DNA of 64,000 bases from assembly GCA_048013815.1 (NCBI GenBank), contig CM106585.1:1240001-1304000 (forward strand), written 5' to 3'. The stretch is from Setoptus koraiensis (Eukaryota > Animalia > Arthropoda). The position numbers and the translations under genes were made by a program. Below the pieces are notes generated by a model. The model searched no databases. It was not told where the DNA came from and was given only the letters and a program-made list of their open reading frames with translations. Shown one piece after another: positions 39,001 to 54,000 of the stretch; the first letter of the stretch is position 1; every line of letters starts with the position of its first letter.

Positions 39001-42000
39001 TTATGTGGTCAATTGTCGCCTGCAGACACGACACTTGAGCTACAGCCACTCAAACATACAATCACTGGTATCATACCAGTTGTATCATACAAGTTGTGTG
39101 CGTGAATGTTATTGTTAATAACATTGAATCTCACAAGTAGCCAGCCAAAGATCATTGTTGTCCACTAATAGTCCATTGCTACTGACTAGCTGACTGTCTG
39201 GTTGTTGTTGTTGTTGTTCTTCTTCAACTTTGTTTGCCTAATCGATTTATCTCTCAATTGTCTCTCGTGCACACTCATTGATATTCATATTCACAGTATA
39301 TATATATATATATATATTGTTGATATAATATATACAACGATGTAATGTAATGTGAAGTAAGATGGAGTGATTCGGCAACAAGTTGGGCCAAGGTCGTACC
39401 CAATCTCTAGTGTTTGGGCGACGTCTATTGCTTTTGTTTGCTAGTTGTCGATCATCAAGAGGCTCTCTCTCTCTTTCTGTCTGTGTGTCGATATTATTGG
39501 TTGCGGCTTTCAATGGATATCGAGATCGAGCGACAGACAGAGATTGATCGATTTAAACACACAAGATCGCTGTTGAATAAAATCACCGGTCGTGTGTGTA
39601 TAGCAATGGGCCAAAATAACGGGCGTCTCTCTTTGTGTTCCTTCATTATCATCAAAACCGAGATAACTGCATAGTGCGAGTAAGACGAACACTATTGGAC
39701 AATCAATTGCTCAAGTGGGTGTGCCTGGCATCGTTTAAATCACGACAAACCAGCCAAGTGTCAGGCTCAATTTGAATATGTATCGATATTCTTTGTAAGT
39801 GTTCATTTCAAGCTCTATGATATGCAAATGTGTGTTGTATTGTTGCTTTAATTCAACTACTGTTGTAGTTGCTGTTGTTGTTGGTGGTGGTGTTGTAGTT
39901 GCTGGTGTTGTTGTTGTTGTTGTTGTTGTTGTGGGAGCACGCATTTTACACGTAAGCGCCAGTGTGTGACCTAAGCAAATGAATAATCAAAGAGATATTG
40001 AAATTATAGAAATGAGAATGATATGAGAGCGAAAGTAAAAGAATCGGTCAAAACTAAATCAGATCAAGTAAAGCATTTTTGCGTTTGTTCAAGGGTCAGC
40101 GGGTTGTAGCAAGATAAGCGATCGACGATGGAATTGTTGTTTAGTTAGTAAAAGTTAAAAAGTGACCACCACTCAATGTGTGCGCATGCCACTCCAGTTT
40201 AGTTGTTGGGCTCAGTCTAACAAATAATAATGGCAAAGTTGACCAGTGGCAGAGGTAGCCATTTAGAGACAAACAACCACATGCATTCATGCCATCGACT
40301 CACGCACATACAAACAGATAGACAATTGGAGATATTTTTAAGTGATTGCCAGCAAAAGGGAAGCTCCCAGTGAAAATTCAAATTCACTTCTAATCTTGCT
40401 CGCACTCAAATACCCTGATCAAGCCGATATCAAGATAAAGCCCGACCCTAAACCCCTTGCAGCATGACAAGTTCGGCAGTAGCAAATGATGACCACTGCA
40501 CTAGTTATTATTATTATCTAACCAACCTGTAAGCCACAAACAAGAGATATTCAATTGTTTCTCAATTGTTGTTCGCACAATATATATATTACAATATATC
40601 TATCACAATATATGTAACAGTATGGCACACACTGCTCGATAAGTTGTAGTGCTCACATTATCATTACATGTCGCGCCCAGCTTAGCCCACTGGTCAAACA
40701 GCAACCCAAACAGTTGGCCAGACATACACTGGACAATGGTTTAACGGGGGCCAACAACCCTGGCTAGACAACAGTTCAAGTTTATCTATTTTGCCTCATC
40801 TATTTTTATTGATGAATGTATATATATCTCATTTATCAATATCTTATCTAATGCTACAACAGCAACAGCAACGGCAACAACCAGCACAGCGGGTTCCTTG
40901 CATCCGTTTTCTTGCTTGCTGCAGCCTGCAGCCACTGATGTGTCGCAAAAAGCGCTTGCTGTTATTTGTGGCACTCTGACTGAATTAATCGTCGTAATGC
41001 ATTCAGTTTGTAACATTTTGTCTCTGAATGTGAGACAATTTGCATTCTGGTAACAATCTTATGATCGAATACATTAATTGCATTGATTGGGATAATTTTG
41101 TCAATGAAAGCATCCAAGCACAGTTACGCAAACAGTGCCAGACGTAAGAGAAGAGAACAGAACGGCATAGAACGGAAGAAAAGGAAACACAACGAAACAG
41201 AGCGTGTGTGTTGGAGTAGTATATAATTTTCTAATTGTCGCTTACTGAAAATTATTACCCTTTGTACTTACACAGCAGCAGCAGCAACAACAACAGCAAC
41301 AATTAGCCATTAACTCATAATTCACTCACAAGTCAGCGGTCACTTGTTGCTTGCTTGCGTTGTCGTACTATTGCTGTTTAGTTTTCAATTGCAAGTGTCT
41401 ATATACATTGTACAACGGTGACCACTTCTCATGTGTGTGTGTGTGTGTGCTGATGTGACGCCCAAGCAAATCTATCAATCATCAACAAGTGCAACTTATT
41501 TTTGAGACGCAATATCTCGCCGTTGTTTATGTGTTGTCGTCGTTTCCTCGCTTGCAAGTTGAGAGGCACAAGCACACAAGTTACGCAACAGTTAGTGCGT
41601 TTTGCGGCTTGCTAACTTGTGTTTTGTGTGTGTGTGTGCTGGCAACAACATGACATTACGCAACGTTTTAGTCGTGCATCATAGACAATAAGTGCGAGTG
41701 TGTCCATTGAAGATGACACTTGAGATGGCAACAGAAAAGGCACGCGTATAATTGATTATGTCATTGTTTATCATACACGTGAGCACATACATACACAGTC
41801 AAGTGAAGCGTTGTTGTCATGCCAACAATTGTTCTCTGGCAAGCTCACAATGGCTGGCCCAATGGATTGTGACAACACACGTTATCTGTGATAATGTGTG
41901 TGTGCAAGGTCGATCGGGTGCGCCTAATAACACTCCAGTGATGCGTCACAACTAGTGCTAACGCGTTATTATGTAACAATGGTGATGATTCTAACAAAAT

Positions 42001-45000
42001 GAAAATGAAAAACATAAACAGAAACAGAGACGAGCATTGAAATTAGAGCCACGAGTCTGACCCCAATAATAATTGTAGAATTGGAATTTTCAATATCTAC
42101 TCTCATCTGATCTCAATAGAGGAGACATTACAAACAATTGTGTGAATGTGAGCAAAAAAGTGATGGAAAACAACAATGATAGACAGCTGATGTTCGAGAC
42201 AATTGTTTAGTTTAGACCAATTTCAAAATCTCTGTTTGTGTGCAATATACGACACAAACAGATTATATGCTTGTATATCTCACATTTGTATTTGCATATT
42301 ATGTAACATGTGTGCAACAAGTGTCGACCCAACAAATATATAGCAAATAATATGCCATTTGACCTGTTGTGTTAGCATGATGTCAGAGAGAGAGACACAC
42401 AAGACTTTTGTCATTTGTTGTTAGCCACCAACTAATTGTGTGTCTAAATGGCCACTCAATTAGTTGGTTACAAGCTGTAAAAAATATGCCAACCTTTTGG
42501 AGTACAACGATGGCCTTTCCGATGCAACAAGCGTTATTGTGATTTCATTCGAAGCACCAACGAAGCAACGATTCAAAGAGACCGAACAAGAACAGAAGAA
42601 GCTTTTTAAGAGTGTGACTGTGTTGCCGCTATAACAGTTTGAGAGAGAACGCGAATAAAAAGATTCAACGTTCTTGCCTCTTGTGTCTGTGTGAACCAAT
42701 GGATAATCAGCTGATTTTGGCGAGCTTGTTGTTGTTGGCTAGTGTCGGTTGGTTGTTAACAACACGACGACCCCGACTCGCCAAGCAACTGGATAAGCGA
42801 CCGAGCATGATTAGCAAGTCTGTGAGTGTGTGTGTGTGTGCAAAAGGTTTAGTAATAAAACGAATGGTCAAAATCTGAGAAATTAACTCTATTTTTGTAC
42901 CAGTGCAACGATGATATACCAACGACGTAATAGTGTGTGTATTCTTAGCCCTCGGAGCGAGATTCGAAGAGAGAGAGAGCGAGAGAGAGAAAAAACTAGA
43001 ATGAGGCTTCTCTCGAATGGAATCGCATTGATTATTGCCGTTGCATATCTACTGTTGCGTCTGGGTATTCTCATTACCGTTGTTGTTGTTGTTGTTGTTG
43101 TTGTTGTTGCTGCTGCTGCCGTTGTTGCTGATGCTGCTGCAATGGCAAATAACAATGGCAGCAGAGTAAGCCAGTTGCAGCGCCGGGCAGCTGCATCTGA
43201 AATCTGCATGAATCTGAAAACTGTAAAATGAAAAATGAAAAAATGCGAGTTGCAGCGTAATGCACAAACTGACCACTGAGCATCACGCTGTTTTAGGTGC
43301 CACTAATGTCAAGATTAATGGCATCAATATCATTTATTACGCTGTTTCTTTGCTGTTGTTGTTACTACCAGTAGTGATAGTAGTAGATGTGTGGTGTTAG
43401 ATTGGTTGCCACCTTCGTATGCTAATGAGCTACTCGCCATAACAACAACACTTTCGCAACAACACCACCACCAACAACAACAAGTGCGTGCCCTGTACAT
43501 CACACACTAACACTGGCTTACATACTAACTGACCACTTGACTAACTGACCAACCGGCACACACACAAACTCAATAATAATCCGTGTGATTGACTATTGCC
43601 AACTATAATCTGCACATTGCATTTGCCTAGACTTCATCGCAAATAGCAATAGCATCTTACAGCTTTCAGAATTGCCCCAAAGTCGCCATCGTGGATTTAG
43701 TTCGTGTTCAACAACATGACACACACACCAACAAACACTAACTAACTGACCAACACTCACTAACTAGCTAGCCAACTAACTAACTAACTAACCGACTAAC
43801 TAACTAACCAACTATTCAACTAAATAACCAACTGACTGACTGACTGACTGACTGACTGACTGACTGACTAACACTCAGACAAGCAAAGCAATCTCGCGAC
43901 CCATGAACATTTGCATAAAACGATTAATTATTCATCAGCACCATCACTGATGTGCTATATTCATCAGCATGAGTTTGGGCATCAACAACAGCGACAACAA
44001 CAGCAGCAACAGCAACAACAGCAACAACAGCAGCAGCAGTGTAAGTTGTATGAAATTGAGGATCATTGATAATCACTGCCATTGATGTTGCGTCATTCGT
44101 ATATTCGTTTGAATGTGTGTGTGTGTGTGTGTGTGCGCTAGTTGACCACTGTGTGCAATTTGATTGACTGAAAACACTCTTGAGACGGCCATTGGGCCAA
44201 CGAAAAAAGCCGATGACCCCTCTGCTCATGTTGTTGTTGGTGGTGATGCGGTTAATGGTCACGTTTTGACAGCATCACTTCGGAGAGAATATGCAAAAAA
44301 GAGCACGCAAAAGGGTCAGCGATAATAATAATAATGAGTTGGCACCAATGACACAACACTTGCAACAATCGTCACTAGGTGCAATACTGGTGCAAACACA
44401 TTGGACAGGCTGTGTTGGCAGCATCATTACGATGCGTTTGATGTTGATTGAAATGTTTGTTGTTTGTCGTTTGGTGCTTCGTTTGTTTTCAGTTGAATCC
44501 GATGATAATCAACGAGACACTCGTTCGTTCGAGTGATTTAATGAATCACTGCAATTCAGTATCTGGCACTAGTTCAGCCAGTCAGTCTGTTTATTATCAT
44601 ATTATAACAACGCCAACCGCTGACCAGTTCGGCCGGAGCTCGATAATGAGCGCGCCAGAAAATTGAATTAATAACAACAGGGGGTCTTGACGTTAACATT
44701 AACGGTGTCGCTTATGCATGCAGCATAATGTGTCTTGTGTGCTTGCAAACAACAACAACTGCTACTGACAGCGACAGGTGCATGTGTCAGATATTTGCAC
44801 AAGTGTTGGCATAGTGACACGACCGACGCATCTCTTACACTGTCTCGTCATCCCTGTCAGCTGATTGATGTGTGTGTGTGTGTGTGTGTTGGTTGGATAG
44901 CTAGCCAGAATATGAGTGGAATGGCTAGCAAAATTAACAGTATCAGTTGATCGATTTGGGTGCTGATTGGCGTTGTTGCGTAACAACACACCATCGATGC

Positions 45001-48000
45001 AAGATAAAATTGCACAATATCTTACACTGTCAATGCACATGATATTGTAAGCGCGTATTAATGATTGTAGTTGAATGATCACAACAGTAACGGTTATTAG
45101 CCAGTTGAACAAAAACAAGACAACAATTGCATGTTTGCCTCTGACACCAACTAACAACAAATAAACGAACACGCAAATTGACTTGTCAATAAACTTGTTG
45201 CATGTTGGACAAGATCAAAATAACAAGATTATTCAAATCACATTTAATTCATCACAATTTATTTGTTGTTATTGCCACTTGATGAGGGTTAGCGTTGCGC
45301 AATAAATCATTCATTTCACATGTTCACATCATCGGCGAGTTTCAGTTGCCCGCTTTCATTGCTTCTATGGCATGGAATATCTATAGTGCAGAGAGAGAGA
45401 GAGAGAGAGAGAGAGTCTATTTATAGAGTTGTACACACAAGTTAATCAAGTGGGAAAATCTCAATGCTTGTCTCACACATAACTGTACTCTCTCTGTAAT
45501 GGCCCGAAATAACACTTAAATTACGTCACTGTTCCACCACTAACACCAACACTAACACTGTGTGTGTGTGTGTGTTTCCTGAGTGACTGTTCCCCCATTA
45601 TTAATTTCATTTATTTTCATCCCCTCATTACTGCTATCTTAATGCTTTGTTACGTGGGTGTTCAATTGAGATGTCATTTTGCCTAGAGATGAACTATTAC
45701 ATATGTTACGTCATTGGCACTGTTTGTTGGGCTGCCGTTTTTTTTTGATGCGCTTGTGACTAGTTTGTATAAACTATTCACTTTGCATTGCTACTTATGC
45801 TATGTAGTGGCTAACGCTGCACTTGTTTATCATCAGCAGGCTCTTCTTTTTCTACTTTTATTATTTAATTGTGTATGTATGTTGGCTAGTTTTAGTTGCC
45901 TAGTAGAGTTGTCAATTACCAATAGTCAATTTGACGTTTTTTTGACTTGTTTTGTTGTTGTCCATACAAAGCAACAGTCAGTGTCCAGTCCGCCTTTGTT
46001 GTTAGTGTCTCGCCATTTGTGGTTGTTGTTGTTGTTGTTGCTGTCCGTTGTTCTCTTGTTCAATTGGTTTGTTACAATATGGTCAGTTTGTTAAACTTAC
46101 AGCGTGTCACAGCCAGTATGTTTGTTGACCAAATAGCAGGCGTTGAATTGAAATAGTCAATTGTAATAGTTGTGCCAGAAACACTGCACACTTTTCAACA
46201 GCACGCAATCTATTAATTAAGCAATTAAACACTTGAATTAGACATTTGCATATCGACCTGTGGACACACATGACATTATGTGGCAGCTAGGAAGTTGTCA
46301 TTGGGTCGCATCGAATCGCTTACTCCATGATGACATGAATGGTCCAGTTCAATTATAACAAAAACTAAGGTATCATCATCTCATTCACTTTTAATACATC
46401 AACAATATTATATGTAAATGTCACAACAACAAAACACAACGCGCACAAAGCCAACCAATTACAATTCTAATTTGCTACTCATTACATAATACTATTGCTA
46501 TCTACAACACTTGTCATTATAAACACTAACTCGGCCTCGTTTTGTCCGAACATCTTTCATTGGCATTTGTTTAGCTGGTCCGTTTGAAATCTAGTGAATG
46601 GTCATCATTTGTAATATGTCGTATTGTTGTTGTGCTTAAGTTGCATAAGTATATAAGCAGAACAATTGTAATTGTCATTTCCTCATTTGCTTTCAGCTCT
46701 GTCTGTTCATTACTTTTTCATTATTATTATTATTACTTTATACTTTACATTTTTGTAATTTGCAGACTGACACGCACATTCATTTATTCATTCATTTCGC
46801 AGCAATCACCTGTATGCTAGTGTGTGCGTGTGTGTAGCGTGTGTAATATGGCTCAATCAGTCCAGCCAACAACTGACCAATTGAACGGATTGGCCTCTTA
46901 TTGCATCATGCGATTTGAATGTTGAGAATGTTGTTGCTTTGAGCAGAAAAGAGAGCGACAGCTCCTTCTAGTGACAGTGCTGCAACAGTTTTTGCCGCTC
47001 TCGCTCTTTGTCTCTCACGGGTCAGTCTTTTGTTGTCGTTGTTGTCGTTGTTTTCGTTGTCTTTTGTTGTAATTAACGCTTTTAGCCAGATTAGATTTGT
47101 TATGATGCGATCGCACAGCTAATAAAATTGGCATCTCGCTTACGAGAGCTAACCAAATGCGAGCAATCGCTCGCTCACAGTGCGATGTCAGTGCGATAAT
47201 GGAGACAATAGTGGCCTAATGAGCAGCACAAAGTCACACAATAATCTGTCACAACCATTATAGCAAACACTCGCATGATAATAATGATATGAAGTATCAC
47301 CGAAAATGGCCAGGCATAAATTGAAACAACCATACAACTCTCACTCTCTCAAATCTGGTAGCTCAATAACTCAATAAATAAGCCTCTTCCTCTTGGAAAG
47401 CAATTTGTTTGTCTCTGTTGTTGTTGTTGTTGTTGCTGTTGTTGCTGTTGTTGTTGCTGCTGCTGCCGTTGTTGTCAATGACCTAGCAACGATAACGGGC
47501 AACCACCAGCCGACAATTGACTGCGAACAGCTGATAATTAACAAAGACTGACAGGGCTAAAATCAACACGCTAATAACAACGCTAAAAATATGTTATAAT
47601 AACTCGACTACTTTTGAGATTGCATACACATGAAATAACTGATGAGATGATGTAATCACATTGTGAATCATCATGAACGTCATAAATGTAATAAGCAAAA
47701 AACAAAAATATCGTTGCTCATTGATCAAAGAACAAGATCAAATCTAATCTGTTTGTAATAACTGTATTAGTAATAGGTCTGTTTATTTGAGCCATTGACT
47801 CGGTCAGCTGTTCGGCTGGCCAGACAGAAGACAAGTGAGCGAGTTGTGCATTTATCCGGCTTCATTCTGGCCACTAGCTGATTGACAGATCGCAACATGA
47901 ATGATATGTGCTCACAAATGCAATGAACGGGTCGCAGCAACTTTTATTGATGCTGCCTGGTCAGTAGATCAAGCCGAACTGGTCACTTAACTACTGTTGC

Positions 48001-51000
48001 CAGATATTGGTTCGTTCCACCTGCTGATTGAGACAAAGCAAGCGAGTTGTCGTCCTTTTATATGCAATTGTTTTCACTGAGCTTATTAGCTAACTGTTGT
48101 TTGCTCTTGCCAAGCCACCTTTTGTTTGTTTGTTTGTTTGTTAGCCTGGTTGTTTGTTTGTCTCACTGTTTGTCTGCCTGTATATTTGTTTGTTTATTCG
48201 CTCTAAATTTCACCAACTGCTGCCCACCAAATGTTGCCACTGACCAAATATAGTTTGTTAGAGCATCATAATCATGGTTGCATTTCCTGTCTACTGAAAC
48301 GGCCACAAATACCTTAGCTGTGAGTGTATGCAAACAGTTATTGCATAAAAAAGTATACATACCGTTAAACTTGATTACACCAGTCAGGTGAATAACGGTA
48401 TTTATAAAATGTGTATGGCCCATTAATGGTCAAGCGAGCGGCTATAAAACACACACACACAATCAAAATTGGTTGATGCTGTGAACACAGACAAACAAAT
48501 ATCGCCAAGCGACGCATCTAAAAAGCAAGTAAAGACGACAGTCCAACGGCTTCTTCTAGCTACATTCGTACTGTTGAGAGATGCAAAGGACAAACATTAA
48601 CATAGATAGCCAATTAAATGTCTTCTATCCTATTAACACAATTGATTGTTAGCGGAAGCGACATTAGTTAGTGTCGTCAGTGTGTCAGTGGCAGCTTGTC
48701 ATTTATTTGTCTGTTGACCTGTTGATGGTGAGAGTAGCGACTATCTCAAATTAAAATGATGATGATGATTCATTGTTGATTGTTTGAGCGTGTTTAATGA
48801 GTTCTCGCCGAAGTTGGTTCTTTAGACAAACACTCAACAGACAAAATGTAAAACTCTTGTTGTTTCTGTAGCAGCAAGTTTTATGAAAGTGGGCGCCATA
48901 ACGAGCAACGAGACCTGACAAAATATGACCGATAGAGGGACAGAGCGAGAGATAAAGTCTGAAAGACGATGGAGCACAGGAAACAATAAATAAATTGTGC
49001 TGTGATAATCAATCAAAATGACGCTCATAGATAACGCAACCATGCTAACACAACACACACACACACACCGTCATGACTGAAAGACAAATTAATTACATTC
49101 TTAATTATGATTATCATTATTGCTGTTGCTATTATTATTGTTTGCAATTTGACACAGCCCCCAGATAAGACGGTTGAGATGGATAATAGCAGACATGAAA
49201 GATTTCATTATGGCTATCTTTAGACACATCCGCTGCAATCAATAGTTGTGACGATCAATAGATGGCTTGAGTTCTCCAAATTGGCCTGTGTGTCCAAAAT
49301 GTGAACATTTCAATTGGCCAGCTCGAAATGAGCGCCTTGTTTGAGTGTAAACAAGCCAGATAATAAGTAGAAAATGGCAATAATGAAGCCATCGGATAAA
49401 GTTAGGCAATCGCGTGCTAATTACTCTCTGGCTTCTCTATTTTTGTTGTTTATCTGTGCTGCTGCTGTCAGATATTTGACGCGTTGTGTGTTTATAGCGT
49501 AAAGTCAACAAACACACAACAATCGTATAACAATTGTCTGCTTGGCTCTTGTTTGTTTGTAGGCACAACAACCAGGCAACTTGAGATAAAACTGACAGAA
49601 TATAAAATGTAAGGCAACTATCATTTTTCGATTGTCAGTTAGTCGGTGTGGTCGCAGCGCTAATTGGCCGTCATGTCTCACGAAGAAAAGCGGCCAATCA
49701 GCTGACAGAGTGACAGTTGGGCAGGCAAACAAGGAGCCAGGTGTTTTAATAGCCAGCAACAACAACAACAACGACAACAACAACAGCAACAACGACAACG
49801 ACAACAGCAACAACAACAACAACAACAACGACAACAAGTGGCAAGACAATGCAAACATAAGGTGCTATTTGCAACCTGTGAGGTCTATTTATTTGAGAGT
49901 TGATTGGCCCATAGAGAAGAATATTGACAAACAACTTTCACTTGTTGAGCTCGAGTCTCGAGAGCTAAAAGAGGAAATGTCTCTCTGTGTGCTTGTTGAT
50001 AATAATCGATATTGTTTGTTTGTTAACAATAATTGTTAATAATAATTCTGTCCATTGCTGGCTGCGCGAGTCGACTGCTGGTGTCTCACATGTCGACAAT
50101 ATTGCAGCAACCATAAACACAAGTGAAAAGCCAAAAAGAATACTTATTGCTAATAAGTTAATAGCCACAAATGTTAGTGCCTCTACCTGCGCCCACCTGT
50201 ACTGATCTCAAGTGTATCTTTGTGGCCATTGACACACAGTTATGACTAGACTCATAATAAATGGTCGTAAATAAACTCAAAATAGCGATTATTTCCCACA
50301 AATATAATATGATTTTGATCTCTATCGTATCACTATGGTGTCTGCAGTGAAAATATGCTAGTGTTAGCTTGAAATGAATGCATCCCGTAACAAGTGTCAA
50401 TCATATTTGTATGTCTAATTAATAACGAGCGACACTTAAGCGTAGACATGGGATCCCTGTAATGACTCTTGATTTAAGCTGCAGTTATCGTTAATTGTTC
50501 CCTCCAAAATAAGACTATTCGAGGTCGCTTTTTTCACAAATACATCGCTAGCTTGTCTCGGATAAGGCAACCTTCAATAGCCATTCAATGGCTGTTCAAT
50601 TCTTAAATTCTCATAATTCTTCAAATATCAGCATTGAGCCGAACAATTAAAACCAGTCCAACGAATGCTGCAATTATTCTTTGCACGGCAAAATGCAAAA
50701 TTCTCAAAGTAGCTTACAGTTGTAGTAGTCATTTATTGTCCATAAATGCACATTGTTAATGTGCACATACTCATAGATTCTCTCACATTCTCAACTATTA
50801 TTTCTCTGAGAATTATTGTAAAATCTTGAGAAGAATTAAATCTCAACTCTTATCTTGTCAGCTATTTCAACGGTTGTTCAAATTGAATCCATTTCATTGC
50901 ATCCAATGGCTTCGCTTGTTTGCTTAGCGAACTCGCTTGTTGATTGTGCAATCTAGTAAACGCGAAACTATTCTACAAGTGGCCCATTATAAATCTCAGC

Positions 51001-54000
51001 TCAACATACTCAAAGATGGATTAAATAAATGAATGTATGCAGTACTAACAATGAAATAAATATCGTTCGTAGTGTCTACATTGTCTGCATCATCTAGCAT
51101 TTGCATCATGCGCGCCAAAAATACAAATGCATATCAACGAGTGAATTGTGTGTTCTATCTAATACACAAAGAAGCATCAATGGAAATCATTTATCTAAAA
51201 CAAGTCTGTACTTGTTTCAACAGACATAAGCCATCTAATTAGGTATGGCACAACGCAACACTACACAATCTCTGGGTCTGACACAATGAAAGTGGCCAGT
51301 TCAACGAGTGTGCTAACGAGAGAAATGTTTTTACTCTACTCATTTCAATGATACCACTACCATTGAAACTTTTTAGAAACTTGAGGCACTTTTCTCTCAG
51401 TTGTAGCCGCTAAATTTATGTTTCGACTTATGCACTAACAGACAGATTCGGTAACGGCCAACGCACAATGATAATACTAACAATAATAGTATAGTTATTA
51501 GATGACTCTCAACAGGAGTTGACTTTGTATTTGTACAGTTTTAAATACTTTCTCTGGCTGTGTGAGTGACGCTTGTGGTTAATTAGTTGGCAGTTTTAAA
51601 CAGTTTTGAATTGTTGCAATTATCATTAGTGCCTATGAGCGCATTAGCTTATTCATTCGCGAGTCAGACATAAAATGAGCGCATCGGTTATTGACAACAA
51701 CGAAACGTCATTTATATTACGTTTGTGAGCGTCATCAAACTGTAAAGGTTAATATTAGTGAGCCAGACCAACAAGACAGTCTGATAATGATAATGCTCTT
51801 GTTAGTTTAGCTCGGTCATTGTTGTTTAGTGTTGCATATCACGACTAACAAATAAAATAGCCGAACAGAGAGAGAGAGAGAGCAATGGTAAGACGATTAG
51901 ACCATTGCTTGTTGTTGTCAGTTTGCGAGGCCACTATGACTGCAAACTGTGGTTGCTGCTTGCAATAATATAGTCAGTGAGATGTTTGCTAAATTCAATT
52001 TGAATGTGATCTAATATTGATGTGCTCGTGTCACATGAGCTCAATCACCAGCGATATCAGCGGCGTGCCTGAACAACTTGAGCCACTTGTCAGCATGCAA
52101 ACATAATGTGACTAATGTTAACTTGTCAGTTTGGGATGAAATGGGATGGGATTAGTGATCACATTTAATCACATTTAATCACACACAATCATGTAAATCA
52201 CCAATGAGCTGACTCGTCAATTTGCAAACAATGCAACCAGATTGTTTGTTCGCTTGATGTTCGGTTTGATTTTGATAGCATTTGGTAACATTTGATAGCA
52301 TTTGATACTGCTGACAACTTGTGAGCTCGACACTGCAAATGATAGCGTGAATGTTGTGCGAATGAGCACGCCAAGTGATAACATTGGTCAATCACATTGG
52401 ATGGATCATCATTGAGCGAGTCGCCCAATGTGTGGTTGTCATTGGCAACCTTGAGACAATTACTATTGTAAGATGAGACTCAACAAAGTTGGTCCAAACC
52501 AAAACCAAAACCAGAGCCAAAACCAAAACCCAAGCTCAAGCTCAATATGAAAGTTGCGCATTGTTTGCTTGTGAGAGCTTGTAAATAGCGAGCTACATCG
52601 AAAGCATTGAAACATGAAAAGTAAAACATCGCAGGAAATGACCATCGACACACAGATTAACAACAATAAGTCACCGACTAACAATCATCGTTTTGTGTTA
52701 TCGGCTACTTACACAACATTGCCAACAGGTTGCACAAACAAACAAACAACCAACCAACCAAACAAACAAACAAACTAATAAACTAACAATCAAACAAAGT
52801 AAAATGACGCTCAAATTGACCAAACAATCGGCTTGCATGGTGCCCACCTAGCGGCCAATCGAGCCGCTTGTTGTTATGTTGAGAGGTGGTTTGGTGTTCG
52901 TTTGCTTACTCATTTGTTGTTGTTACCTGCGAGTGTATGTGTGATTTACCTATGACTGTTTACTAACTCTCTATGTCTCTCGCAATGGGTTACTCAAACT
53001 GTAAACTAATGTTCAGATAACACTTATCGCCTGTAACCTCTTAGTTGAGCGTGTTGTAACAGCCAACGATAACTTGCTCTCAACATCAGATCTTAATGAA
53101 CTGATTAGCCATAAGTCATTAGCTATCAGCTAATAGCTATTAGGCGAACAACAGCAACAACAACAGCAACTACGCCGCTCGGCTGGCTGATACAAACAAT
53201 GCTGACAAGCTGATACTGTATCTAGATAGCATCAGAAAGGCGCAGTTTAAATGAGCCAGAGATCAACCGATGGCAACAAACAATTCTCCTTCTTCCTTTC
53301 TCAAAAATCTAGATACTGATAGCAAGCGATCAACGCTAAATTTGTAGCAACAGCACCTATCATTTCCTATAATTTGTGTGTGATATCACTGAAAGTGGCC
53401 TGATTGTGCATGCCAGCTGAGCAATATCACGGCTAAGCTAATGCACCTCATCACTGCGCAACAACAATTATAAAACTTACAAATTTTACCTAATAGCCGA
53501 CCATGCCAACATACTGTGTGTGTGTGCTGTCTTGCCATCACGGCCTTGGCGGCCAAAGTATAAAAATGTTGCCTGAGATTCGATACAATGAGAGACCAAT
53601 GACTGTGTTCATTATCATCATCATTTGAGCACAAATTTATATTCATAATACAAAAATAGAATGAGATTGCGATTTGGTGCCATCAAATGATGATTATGCA
53701 ACCAATTGGCATCAATTATCAGCGGCCTTTATTTGCACTAGTGACCAATGTTCATACAGAGCGAGCGAGAGAGAGAGAATCCCCAACTAGCTCAGTGTGT
53801 GCATAGAAAACAATCAAGAGTAGAAATTGAATTTATGTTATATATTCATATTGAACATGATTGAATTATTTGCCACACCACAAGTAATTATTATTATGCG
53901 ATTCACTGTAACCTGTGCTCGTTGGCACTCTTTCGTTGCCCTCCAAACATGGCAACAGTTTGCAAACAATCGTTTCACTGTCTCGTGAGACTTTTCACAA